Of a stretch of DNA of 42,748 nt, positions 26,580 to 35,216 are shown piece after piece; the first letter of the stretch is position 1, and the number at the start of each line of letters is the position of its first letter. The stretch spans positions 1 through 42,748 of the forward strand of contig JAQTMF010000001.1 in the NCBI GenBank assembly GCA_028714515.1. Direction: 5' to 3'. Made by a program: the position numbers and the translations under genes. Source of the stretch: Chthoniobacteraceae bacterium. GTDB taxonomy: Bacteria; Verrucomicrobiota; Verrucomicrobiia; Chthoniobacterales; Chthoniobacteraceae. Under the pieces are notes generated by a model. It was not told the origin of the DNA, ran no database searches, and saw only the letters and a list, made by a program, of their open reading frames with translations.

Positions 26580-29405
26580 CTAATGCGTATGCTCCACCAC
26601 ATTTCCCGCCGCGTCATATTCCTTTTCCACTCGCCCCGATGTGCCGTCGGTGGTGGCATATTTCAGGCCCGTGGAGGTATAGAATGTCTCTTCCACCTTC
26701 TTGTCCGGCTGGACCGTGCGCACCAACCGGTTCAACGGGTCATACTGATAGCGGGTCTGGTTCCCGCCGGGAGCCGTTTCCTGGATCAGGTTTCCCGCCG
26801 CGTCATATTCAAATTTGGAGACTTCGGAGAAAATCGAGAAAGCGCGGGTTTTCGTCGCGGTCACTCTCCGGTAAATGGCGTCGTATGCGTTGATCGTCAC
26901 TTGGTGGCTCGGTGACGTGGTGACGCGCGTTGCCTTGAATGTGGAGTTCTCAAACAAATCGCTCCCACAGTTCGGGCCGTAAAGGAAGACGGATTCGCTT
27001 CCATCCGCGGAGACGATTTTGGTGGCCCGCTGAAGCCCGTCAAACTCCATGGTATAGGTTTCCCCCTCGTCGGTGGTGTTGAAGAGCTTGGAATTCACCC
27101 CGTTGTAAGCGAACTTGAAAACCTTCGAGCCCTTGGCGGCGTCTTTTTCCGTTACCTTCCTTGCCAGCACTCTGCTTTCGCCGTCATACTCAATATCGGT
27201 CACGCGGCCGTCCGGTTCGGTCTCCCGGATTTTGTTGCCGGTCGGGTCGTAATACAGCTCGCGCGGCGGCTTGTCGTCTTGGGGGCGCTCGACGCGGATC
27301 AGCCGGTTCCGCGCGTCGTAGGTGAATAGAATGACGTAGCCGTCCGGGTATATTTTGAAGAGCTTGTTGCTGTTGAGGTCGTAGCCGTAACGCAAAATCA
27401 GATTCATGCCGCCGGGGTTCTTGATCTCGCGGGCCACCCGTCCCAGCGGATCGGGCTCATACTTCGTGACGAGATCGGTTTCCCACGGAGGATTGTTGGC
27501 CGAGGGGATCTTCCGAATCGTCTTCCTGGTGAGGAAGGCGGGGAACACCGCGTCGCCAAATTCGTATTCGGTAGCCGCGCAGGGGCGGCGCGCCGTGAAC
27601 GAATCCCCGTCCGCATAGGTGCGGGTGGCCGTGACCACCCCCCGCTTCCCATCGACATCATTTTCAGTCACCCGCCCGTTCTCATCAACCGCGTTGGTGA
27701 GCAGCCGTGTCTGCCGGTCATAGGCAAAGCGTTTTTTCCCGCCCAGTGCATTAACGTATTCCGTAATATCACGGCGATGCGCGGCGAAAACGTTCGCGGG
27801 CATCCCCGCGGATTCGGCGAAGCCGTCCCCATAGGAAAACCGGGTGACGTTCCCGCTGAGGTCGGTGGCTTTTGTCAGCCCCATGCAGGTTCCCGCGTCG
27901 AATGCACACTCCTCGCGCCCGAGCAGCTTCATGCCCGCGCCCGGGACAAAATCGCCGCTGCCGGAGAGGTGATAATCGCTCCCCTGGAAATTGGAGATTT
28001 CCATTTTCCCGAACACCGCGAATTGCGGCGCGGCGAGTTTTTCTCCCGGTGTGCCAGCGGGTGTGGCGTCGAGCGTCACCGCGCGATTTTCGAGGAACCG
28101 GTAGAGCCTGCCATTGCCCGCCGCGTCGCGCACATAGGTCATTCGCACGCTTTGGCTCTCGTCGGGCTTGCGTCGCGAGAGGTTGAAAAACTCCGCGGTA
28201 CCAATGGCGTCCGGGAGCGTCACCTTGCGCACACAGCGCGGCAGACCGCGCTCCGCGCCGGAGTGGTCGAACTCGTAATCGAACACGTAGATCTTTCCCC
28301 GGGGATCGGTGATGCGGCTGAGATCGCAATGCCGGAACTCCGGTTGACCGTCGCCGCCCGGTTCGCTGGCCTCATCGTAATCATAGAAGGTCGCCGCACG
28401 AGCGCCGTCGATCTCCTGCGGACGCAATCGCACAAGCAGCGCGCCGCCCTCCGGCAGCTTGGAATCGCGATACTCGCACAGGATGTCGGCGCCCTGCGGA
28501 TCGACCATGCGCGCCACGTGCCCCCGGGCATTGCGCTCGATGTGGATGCGCAGTGTCAGATAGGCGATCTCGTCGGGAATGATCCCGTGGTTGGTCTCAT
28601 GAAAGACATAGGAGATCCTGGATCCGGCCCGGTTTTCAATCGTCGAAAGCCGGAAGAACGTGTGTTTGATGGGGCTCTCCCCCGGCTTGGCCCCGGCGCC
28701 GGACAGCTCAATTTTCGCGGCATCCGTGTAAACCAGCGTCGTGCCGAACTTCCTGCGGAATACATAGTTGCCCCCGGTTTTCTCCAGGCTCATCGCCGTG
28801 GTTTCCTGCTCATTATTGGGGGAGGAGACCGGGCAAAAACGCAAGGGCCGCCCGGGCTCAAGAACTTCGAGGAAGGTATGCACCATCCCCTGTTCATCCG
28901 TCGCCTCCGCGTAAATCGGCTCGCCGGGCTTGCCTTCGACGCGATGGATGCTGGCCGCCAGCCCCGATGTCCAGCCGGTTCCGAAAGGGAGATCGGGACG
29001 CCGCGCCGGGGGCAGTCCACCCTCGGCGGGCCAGGAGGCGCCCTGCGCGTTGCGCCGCACCATCAACTCCGGCAAATGGGTCGCCACCGGCACGAAAATA
29101 TCCGTCGTGGCATGCCGCAAACGCAGCGTCAGCGCGTCAACGTAAGTCTGCTCCGGCTCCTGATCCGTCGGTGTAATATCCTGTGGCATCGCATCGCTGA
29201 GCGTGCGGCCGCTGATCGCGATTTTGTGATAAGTCGGCGGCGCCGCTTCCCAAAGATTCCCGCATGCCTGATCCGCCAGCAGGAGAGCGATGGCGAACGG
29301 GATGACGAAGAAGGGAACGTGCCGGCGAAAGACCGCTCCGGCGGAAATCCCGGAGCCCCCGCGCGCACTTGAACAATCGAGCCGATGCCTGCCAATCATA
29401 CCCAT
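26580..29405 (-). CDS. RHS/YD-repeat protein with an N-terminal signal/TM segment and no RHS core or C-terminal toxin domain (possibly 3'-truncated)
   Basis: Many YD repeats: YDAAGN, YDPLNRL, YDPTGN, YDARNRL, YDRQTRL. Shell-start motif FGTGWTSGL. Hydrophobic VPFFVIPFAIALLLA. The start is placed at ATG 29405 (or 29399) because a strong hairpin (29482-29511) lies inside the longer track ORF. The protein ends ...YDAAGNVVEHTH-stop. Confidence 0.8.
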   Translation of the reverse strand: MGMIGRHRLDCSSARGGSGISAGAVFRRHVPFFVIPFAIALLLADQACGNLWEAAPPTYHKIAISGRTLSDAMPQDITPTDQEPEQTYVDALTLRLRHATTDIFVPVATHLPELMVRRNAQGASWPAEGGLPPARRPDLPFGTGWTSGLAASIHRVEGKPGEPIYAEATDEQGMVHTFLEVLEPGRPLRFCPVSSPNNEQETTAMSLEKTGGNYVFRRKFGTTLVYTDAAKIELSGAGAKPGESPIKHTFFRLSTIENRAGSRISYVFHETNHGIIPDEIAYLTLRIHIERNARGHVARMVDPQGADILCEYRDSKLPEGGALLVRLRPQEIDGARAATFYDYDEASEPGGDGQPEFRHCDLSRITDPRGKIYVFDYEFDHSGAERGLPRCVRKVTLPDAIGTAEFFNLSRRKPDESQSVRMTYVRDAAGNGRLYRFLENRAVTLDATPAGTPGEKLAAPQFAVFGKMEISNFQGSDYHLSGSGDFVPGAGMKLLGREECAFDAGTCMGLTKATDLSGNVTRFSYGDGFAESAGMPANVFAAHRRDITEYVNALGGKKRFAYDRQTRLLTNAVDENGRVTENDVDGKRGVVTATRTYADGDSFTARRPCAATEYEFGDAVFPAFLTRKTIRKIPSANNPPWETDLVTKYEPDPLGRVAREIKNPGGMNLILRYGYDLNSNKLFKIYPDGYVILFTYDARNRLIRVERPQDDKPPRELYYDPTGNKIRETEPDGRVTDIEYDGESRVLARKVTEKDAAKGSKVFKFAYNGVNSKLFNTTDEGETYTMEFDGLQRATKIVSADGSESVFLYGPNCGSDLFENSTFKATRVTTSPSHQVTINAYDAIYRRVTATKTRAFSIFSEVSKFEYDAAGNLIQETAPGGNQTRYQYDPLNRLVRTVQPDKKVEETFYTSTGLKYATTDGTSGRVEKEYDAAGNVVEHTH

Positions 29406-29481
29406 GCTCTGTAGAGCATGAAGCCGCGGCAGACAAGGCAAATACCCCGCGATCCACGAGGGCGGAGGGCGAGGGGAGACG

Positions 29482-29511
29482 GCGGCGGCGGGAAGACAAT
29501 CCCGCCGCCGC
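29482..29511 (-). terminator. GC-rich hairpin immediately downstream of nrdJ (12-bp perfect stem, 6-nt loop, no U-tract)
   Basis: Minus-sense GCGGCGGCGGGA-ttgtct-TCCCGCCGCCGC, starting 15 nt after the nrdJ stop. With no U-tract, it may be a stabiliser or a factor-dependent terminator. Confidence 0.4.
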
Positions 29512-29526
29512 ACAAGATCCAAGCCG

Positions 29527-32500
29527 CTACGAGCAGCCCTGGCTGGTGCCGCACTCCGTGCAGCAGCCGCATGCCCCCGCGCGGATCACCTTATTGCTGC
29601 CGCAGTTGGAGCAGGTGATGTCCATATACATATTGCCCAGGGCCACCTTCACCCGGTCCGCGTGATTGCCGCCGCCGTTTGCCGTCACCGTCCCGTCGCT
29701 GTTGATGCGGCTGGAAAGAATGTCCACGACTTCCTTTTCCCCCGTCCGCGAGAGATCGGACACCGGCCGGTTGATGACCTTCTTGTCGATCTCCGGGAGT
29801 TCCTTCATCGGCAGCTCCGGCTGCGTCTTCTTGGGCGAAGTCGCCTCCTTGTAGCCTTTGATGAACTGGCAGCCCAGCCACCGGAAAACATAGTCGGTAA
29901 TGGAGGACGCATTGCGGATATCCGGGTTCTTCGTGAACCCGCTGGGCTCAAAACGCTGGTAGGCGAACTTCTTGACCAGGCTCTCCAGCGGCACGCCGTA
30001 TTGGAGAGAAAGCGAAGTCAACGTTGCCACGGTATCCATCAGGCCGCCGATGGTGGACCCTTCCTTGGCCATCTGGATAAAGAGTTCGCCCGGCATCCCG
30101 TTCTCATAGAGGCCGACGGTGATATAGCCCTCGTGCCCCGCGATGTCGAATTTGTGAGTCAGCGAGATGCGCGTATCCTGCATCCGCAGGCGCACCGGCT
30201 TGTTGATCTTCTGCCGGAGCTGCTCGATCTCCTTCTCCATCTCGACCACCCGGGCCTCCAGCGCCGCCTTATCGGCAAGCTCGGCATCCGCGTCGGCGGC
30301 ATCCGTGTTTTTCTTGCTCTGCACGGGCTGCGAGCGCTTGGAGCCGTCGCGGTAAATGGCGATGGCCTTGAGGCCGAGCCGCCACCCCTCGATGTAAGTC
30401 TGCATGATGTCCTCCACCGTGGCGTTCTCGGGCATGTTCACGGTCTTGGAGATCGCGCCGGAAAGGAACGGTTGAGCCGCCGCCATCATGCGGATGTGGC
30501 CTTTGTAGCCGAGGCTGCGTTGGCCGCGGTGCGGCTTGAAGGCGCAGTCGAAAACGGGCAGATGTTCCGGCTTGAGACCGGAGGCGATCATCTCGTTGCT
30601 CCCCTCGTCCGGGACATCCTCGATGGTGTCGAACTGGTCGATGTGGGCAATGATATGCGCGATCTCCGCTTCGGAATAACCGAGCGCCTGCAGCGCGGAG
30701 CCCACCGTCTGGTTGACAATCTTGAGCACGCCGCCGCCCGCGAGCAGTTTGTATTTCACCAGCGCGATATCCGGCTCAATGCCCGTCGTATCGCAATCCA
30801 TCAGGAACCCGATGGTGCCGGTGGGGGCGAGCACGCTGACTTGCGCGTTGCGGTAGCCATATTGCTTGCCCAGCGCCAGCGCATTGTCCCAGCAATGCTG
30901 CGCCTCTTCTTTAAGATAGCCGAAGCGGTCGCTGGTCTGGATCTTGGCCACGTGGCTGCGGTGCAGCTTGATGACCTCCAGCATGGGCTCGACATTATCC
31001 TTGGCCAGCGGCTCCTGGATCGCCCGGGTGCGGGCATCGCGGTAGCCCTCGAAGGGCCCCTTCACCGACGCCAGCACGGCGCTTTGCTCATAGGCGTGAC
31101 CGGTCATGATGGCGGTGATCGCCCCCGCCAGCGCGCGGCCCTCGTCGCTGTCATAGCCGAGGCCCATGCTCATAATCAGCGCGCCGAGGTTCGCATAACC
31201 CAGGCCCAGCGTGCGGAAGAGGTGGGAATTCTCCGCGATCTCCTTGATCGGGTAGCTCGCGTTATCCACGAGGATTTCCTGCGCGGTAACAAACAGGCGC
31301 ACGGCGGCCTTGAAGCGCTCGATATCGAACGAGCCGTCCTCGCGCTTGAACTTCATCAGGTTGAGCGAGGCAAGGTTGCACGCCGTGTCGTCCAGAAAGA
31401 GGTATTCCGAGCACGGGTTGGTGGAATTCTGCCGGGCCGTCCCCTTGCAAGTGTGCCACTTGTGGATCGTCGAATCGAACTGCATCCCCGGGTCGCCGCA
31501 AATGTGGGTCCCCTCGGCGATCTTGTGCAGCAGCGTGCGGGCGTCCTTCTTCTCGCACGGCTGGTTGTCGGTCACGCGCCGGGTCCACCACTCCTTGCCG
31601 TCAATGGCGGCCTGCATGAACTCATCGCTCACGCGGACAGAGAGGTTCTCATTTTGATACATGATGGAGCCGTAAGCCTCGCCGTTGTAATCGGCGGCAT
31701 AACCCTGCTCGATCAGCGCCCAAGCCTTGCGCTCCTCCTTGGTCTTCGCCTCGATAAACTCCTCGATGTCCGGGTGCCAATCCTTCAGCGTATTCATCTT
31801 TGCGGCGCGGCGGGTCTTGCCCCCGCTCTTCACCACATTGGCCACCTGGTCGTAAACCTTCAGGAAGGAGAGGGGACCGCTCGGCTTGCCGCCGCCGCTC
31901 AGCTTCTCGCGCGTGCTGCGCAGGCTGGAGAGATCACTGCCCGTCCCGGAGCCGTATTTGAAAAGCAACGCCTCCGACTTCGCCAGGCGCATAATGTCCT
32001 CCATCGTGTCCTTCACAGACTGGATGAAGCAAGCGCTCCCCTGCGGGTATTCATACTGGCTGGGCGCATGCTCCGCCTCGCCGGTGGCCGGGTTATAAAA
32101 ATAATTCCCCTTTTGCCCCCCCTTGCCCACGCCATACTCGTGGTAAAGCCCCACATTGAACCACACCGGGCTGTTGAACGCCCCGTGCTGGTTGAGGCAG
32201 AGCCACGTCAAATCGTCATAAAACGCCTTCGCCGAGGCCTCGTCGGCAAAATAACCGTCCTTGATGCCCCAGTCGGCGATCGTCCGCGTCACGCGGTGGA
32301 TCAACTGGCGCACGGAATTCTCGCGGCCCCCCTTGAAGGGATCGGCCCCGTGGGCGATGTCGCCATAGAAATACTTCGAAACCGCGATCTTCGTGGCCAG
32401 CGCCGACCAGGACGAGGGAACCTCCACGTCGTCCTGCTTGAAAATGGCCTTTCCACCGTCATCGGTGATGGCCGTATTGCGGCGATCCCATTCCACCTGG

Positions 32501-32658
32501 TCGAAGGGAGAAACGGCTGGATCGCTGAAGGTGTGTGCGAACGTAAGGCGCGGAGCGGCGTCTCCGGCCTTGGCGGACGGAGCTTTTGGGGAACGCAGGC
32601 GGTCGTTTCCTGCGATTTTGGGACGGCTGGCGCGGACACCAGACTTGAGCTTTTGCAT
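29527..32658 (-). CDS. nrdJ: vitamin B12-dependent (class II) ribonucleotide reductase
   Basis: 1043 aa. Contains TNPCSEY...ACNLASLNL (active-site Cys region), the SLGYKGHIRMMAAAQPFLSGAISKTVNMP block and a C-terminal Cys-rich CSNCGSNKVIRAGACGCCTECG tail. SD-like AGGAAGGG lies 10 nt upstream of the ATG. Confidence 0.93.
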   Translation of the reverse strand: MQKLKSGVRASRPKIAGNDRLRSPKAPSAKAGDAAPRLTFAHTFSDPAVSPFDQVEWDRRNTAITDDGGKAIFKQDDVEVPSSWSALATKIAVSKYFYGDIAHGADPFKGGRENSVRQLIHRVTRTIADWGIKDGYFADEASAKAFYDDLTWLCLNQHGAFNSPVWFNVGLYHEYGVGKGGQKGNYFYNPATGEAEHAPSQYEYPQGSACFIQSVKDTMEDIMRLAKSEALLFKYGSGTGSDLSSLRSTREKLSGGGKPSGPLSFLKVYDQVANVVKSGGKTRRAAKMNTLKDWHPDIEEFIEAKTKEERKAWALIEQGYAADYNGEAYGSIMYQNENLSVRVSDEFMQAAIDGKEWWTRRVTDNQPCEKKDARTLLHKIAEGTHICGDPGMQFDSTIHKWHTCKGTARQNSTNPCSEYLFLDDTACNLASLNLMKFKREDGSFDIERFKAAVRLFVTAQEILVDNASYPIKEIAENSHLFRTLGLGYANLGALIMSMGLGYDSDEGRALAGAITAIMTGHAYEQSAVLASVKGPFEGYRDARTRAIQEPLAKDNVEPMLEVIKLHRSHVAKIQTSDRFGYLKEEAQHCWDNALALGKQYGYRNAQVSVLAPTGTIGFLMDCDTTGIEPDIALVKYKLLAGGGVLKIVNQTVGSALQALGYSEAEIAHIIAHIDQFDTIEDVPDEGSNEMIASGLKPEHLPVFDCAFKPHRGQRSLGYKGHIRMMAAAQPFLSGAISKTVNMPENATVEDIMQTYIEGWRLGLKAIAIYRDGSKRSQPVQSKKNTDAADADAELADKAALEARVVEMEKEIEQLRQKINKPVRLRMQDTRISLTHKFDIAGHEGYITVGLYENGMPGELFIQMAKEGSTIGGLMDTVATLTSLSLQYGVPLESLVKKFAYQRFEPSGFTKNPDIRNASSITDYVFRWLGCQFIKGYKEATSPKKTQPELPMKELPEIDKKVINRPVSDLSRTGEKEVVDILSSRINSDGTVTANGGGNHADRVKVALGNMYMDITCSNCGSNKVIRAGACGCCTECGTSQGCS

Positions 32659-32721
32659 GGCGGGATTTCCCTTCCTGTTTAAATGTGCGGCGTTTTAGAG
32701 ATTTTGCCAGGGGTTGACGGT

Positions 32722-32747
32722 AAAAAACGGGGTCTGTTTTGCCCCCG
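32722..32747 (-). terminator. terminator-like stem plus U6 inside the nrdJ 5' leader (candidate attenuator)
   Basis: Minus-sense CGGGG-gcaaaacaga-CCCCG followed by TTTTTT, ending about 63 nt upstream of the nrdJ ATG. Only a 5-bp GC stem, so weak. Confidence 0.3.
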
Positions 32748-32784
32748 AAAGACGGTGAAGAACCTGTGAAGAACTTTGGGCTCT

Positions 32785-32800
32785 TCACCACATCTTGTTG
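32785..32800. promoter_or_regulatory. possible second, degenerate NrdR box
   Basis: TCACCACATCTTGTTG has about 10 of 16 matches. Its start is 34 nt from the strong box, and tandem boxes are usual for NrdR. Confidence 0.3.
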
Positions 32801-32818
32801 GGGAGAACGGCGGACATG

Positions 32819-32834
32819 GCACAATATCTTGTGG
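32819..32834. promoter_or_regulatory. NrdR box (strong match)
   Basis: GCACAATATCTTGTGG matches the 16-bp palindromic NrdR consensus acaCwAtATaTwGtgt at 13 of 16 positions, including the CAC...GTG arms. It lies about 160 nt upstream of the nrdJ ATG. Confidence 0.6.
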
Positions 32835-33060
32835 TTTTCAGCAAGCCGAAAAAGTTCCGTTTCCATGAATTTTTGGCTTGCCAGGAGAGGGGATTTTGCC
32901 CCGCCAGAGGAGGCCTTGGCAGAGCCCTTTCAAAACCAGGATTTGCCGCCAAAAACCAGGGAAAACAGGGGCCCCCGGATCGCCTTTCGCAACGGGGAAA
33001 AACCCCCAATCCGTGTTTCTCCTAGCGGCCCGTCAGCCGTCTGACGATGACGCGGATAGT

Positions 33061-33137
33061 ATTTCGCAGAAAACGCCGGTTCTTAAATCTGCGTCCCTCT
33101 GCGAAATCTGCGGATAAACCTCTTTGTTTTCGTGGAC
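33061..33137 (+). repeat. REP-like intergenic repeat, copy A (TCTGCG-unit family), just downstream of the AraC gene
   Basis: AAATCTGCGtccctCTGCGAAATCTGCGGATAAACCTCTTTGTTTTCGTGGAC. The core matches 36311-36350. An internal 10-bp inverted pair is present: ATTTCGCAGA (33061-33070) with TCTGCGAAAT (33098-33107). Confidence 0.7.
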
Positions 33138-33142
33138 AGACC

Positions 33143-34057
33143 CTAGCCTTCCCTCGTCGGCGCCGCCGGAGCCAGGGTCCGCTGGAACCGGCGCGGCGGC
33201 TGCCCCATTGCCTGGCGGAACGCGCGCACGAAGTAATTCAGACTGCTGAACCCGCAGGCCCACGCGATCTCCGAGACATTCAGCTTCGGGTCCTGCAACA
33301 GCCCCTTCGCGCGGGCCAGCCGCTGGTTGCGGATGTAAGCGGAGACCGGCATCCCCGTCTCCGCGCGGAAACAGCGCGAGAGATGATCCGGCGTGCAGCC
33401 CAGCTGCCCCGCCAGCGAAGCGACCGAGAGCTGGGGCTCGGGAAGAAGCGCCTGGATCAAGTCATGGCAATGCCGGACCTTCGGATGCTCGTGCGATTGC
33501 GCGCGGTGAGCCAGCCGCGCCGAGGCAAGCAGATCGTCCATCACCGAAAGAACGGCGAAAACCAGCGCCCTCCGCCGCGCCTCCCCCGTGGGCGAGGTCT
33601 TCAGCGAAGCCGCCGCCGCATCCTCCAGGTAGCGGAGCGCCTGCGGAACCTCCGGGCCCTCAAAGCTATCGCAAAACACGACCGTCGGCCGCGAATCGGG
33701 GGACGACCTGCTCACAATCAGCGTCAGCTCATGCCCATGGAAACAGAAAACCAGCGCGCGGAAGCGGCTGCCGCGCCGTTCCCTGGCCACCTCGCCATGC
33801 GGCACCCCGCGCGGGATAATCGCGATTTCATTGCGGCGCAAAGTGAAGCGATCTTCCGGGCAGGAGAACTCCGTGCTGCCGCTGGCCTGCAAGAACAGCT
33901 CGGGGTCGAGGTGAAACATCATCCCCGGGTGTTGCCGCCGCAGGCCCGCGAGCCTCGGAATATGGATTTTTGGCGGCTTCTCCCCCCGTTGCGGGAGGAA
34001 AGACCGCAGAATGCCCCGGTAAACCCGGCAGCGTTCGGCGAATGAAGGGAGAGACAT
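33143..34057 (-). CDS. AraC/XylS-family transcriptional regulator (cupin sensor + C-terminal HTH)
   Basis: C-terminal VASLAGQLGCTPDHLSRCFRAETGMPVSAYIRNQRLARAKGLL...VSEIAWACGFSSLNYFVRAFRQAMGQPP. ATG at 34057 (MSLPSFAER). The longer track ORF overlaps the divergent gene. Confidence 0.88.
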   Translation of the reverse strand: MSLPSFAERCRVYRGILRSFLPQRGEKPPKIHIPRLAGLRRQHPGMMFHLDPELFLQASGSTEFSCPEDRFTLRRNEIAIIPRGVPHGEVARERRGSRFRALVFCFHGHELTLIVSRSSPDSRPTVVFCDSFEGPEVPQALRYLEDAAAASLKTSPTGEARRRALVFAVLSVMDDLLASARLAHRAQSHEHPKVRHCHDLIQALLPEPQLSVASLAGQLGCTPDHLSRCFRAETGMPVSAYIRNQRLARAKGLLQDPKLNVSEIAWACGFSSLNYFVRAFRQAMGQPPRRFQRTLAPAAPTREG

Positions 34058-34139
34058 CGGATTTGTGCTATGGTTGTCGCGTCCGTGAACCTTTTTCAAG
34101 TCGCATTTCAAGCAGAGCCGTCCCACGATCCGGCTCGCG

Positions 34140-35183
34140 ATGATCAAATTAGCGATAATCGGAACGGGCGGCATGGCCAACACCCATGCCGACAACTTCA
34201 GCCAACTGCGCGGATGCAAGATCGTGGCCGCTTGCGACGTGGACCAGAAGCGGGTCCAGGAATTCGCCGCCAAACACAAAATCCCCCACACCTTCACCAC
34301 GGTCGAAGACCTCCTCCAATGGGGCCGGTTTGACGCCGCCTCCAACGTCACGCCCGACCCCTTCCACGCGCCCATCAGCCTCGCCCTGCTGGCCGGTGGC
34401 AAACACGTCCTTTGCGAAAAACCGCTGGCTGTGTGCTATTCCGACGCCGCCGAAATGGTCCGCGCCGCCCGCAAGGCCGGGGTCATCAACATGGTCAACT
34501 TCTCTTACCGGAACCACTCCGCCATCCACAAAGCGCACGCCCTGGTAAGCAAAGGCGTCCTCGGCCGCCTCCTCCATGTCGAGGCCACCTACTTCCAGAG
34601 CTGGCTTTCGCAGAACGGCTGGGGCGACTGGCACACCAACCCCGCCTGGCTCTGGCGGCTCTCCACCGCCCACGGCAGCAAAGGCGTCCTGGGCGACGTC
34701 GGCGTCCACCTCCTCGACTTCGCCTCCTATCCCGCGGGCGACATCGCCTCCGTCTACTGCCGGTTGAAAACCTTCCCCAAAGCCCCCGGCGGCAAAATCG
34801 GCGAATACCGGCTCGACGCCAACGACAGCGCCGTCATCACCGCCGAATTCACCAACGGCGCGCTCGGCTCCCTGCGCACCACACGCTGGGCCACCGGCCA
34901 CCACAACTCCATCACCCTCGCCCTCTACGGCGAAGAAGGCGCGCTGAAAATCGACCTCGACCGCTCCGGCTCCGAACTGGAACTCTGCCGGGTCAAACAA
35001 CGCAAACTCGGCGCGTGGGCAACCGTGAAGTGCGCCAAAACCCCGTCCATGTACCAGCGCTTCCTCACCGGCATCCGCACCGAAGTCCAGGACCAGCCCG
35101 ATTTCGCGCGCGGCGCGGCGATCCAAAAAGCCCTCGACGCCTGCGAACAAAGCCACCGCGAAAGCCGCACCATCTCTCTGTAA
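34140..35183 (+). CDS. Gfo/Idh/MocA-family NAD(P)-dependent oxidoreductase
   Basis: Rossmann start MIKLAIIGTGGMANTHADNF. The EKP motif is present (HVLCEKPLA). 347 aa. Confidence 0.88.
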   Translation: MIKLAIIGTGGMANTHADNFSQLRGCKIVAACDVDQKRVQEFAAKHKIPHTFTTVEDLLQWGRFDAASNVTPDPFHAPISLALLAGGKHVLCEKPLAVCYSDAAEMVRAARKAGVINMVNFSYRNHSAIHKAHALVSKGVLGRLLHVEATYFQSWLSQNGWGDWHTNPAWLWRLSTAHGSKGVLGDVGVHLLDFASYPAGDIASVYCRLKTFPKAPGGKIGEYRLDANDSAVITAEFTNGALGSLRTTRWATGHHNSITLALYGEEGALKIDLDRSGSELELCRVKQRKLGAWATVKCAKTPSMYQRFLTGIRTEVQDQPDFARGAAIQKALDACEQSHRESRTISL

Positions 35184-35216
35184 TCCACAAACCACCAACG
35201 CAACATCCCTCTCCCT

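Noticed and set aside
29527-32658. Possible intein in the long (1043-aa) NrdJ
   Set aside because: The usual insertion hot spot is intact (STNPCSEYLFLDDTACNLASLNL is contiguous). I saw no Cys/Ser...His-Asn splice-junction blocks. The extra length is explained by a basic N-terminal extension and the C-terminal Cys-rich tail.
29662-32682. 1006-aa ORF on the plus strand, antisense to nrdJ
   Set aside because: The minus strand encodes an unmistakable class II RNR. The antisense frame is Arg/Gly/Leu/His-rich with no motifs.
32875-32905. GCCAGGAGAGG... resembling part of a cobalamin-riboswitch B12 box near a B12-dependent enzyme gene
   Set aside because: It is on the plus strand, opposite to nrdJ, with no downstream plus-strand gene. 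The rest of the B12-box and the GCCACTG element are absent. B12 riboswitches normally control B12-independent isozymes or B12 uptake rather than nrdJ.
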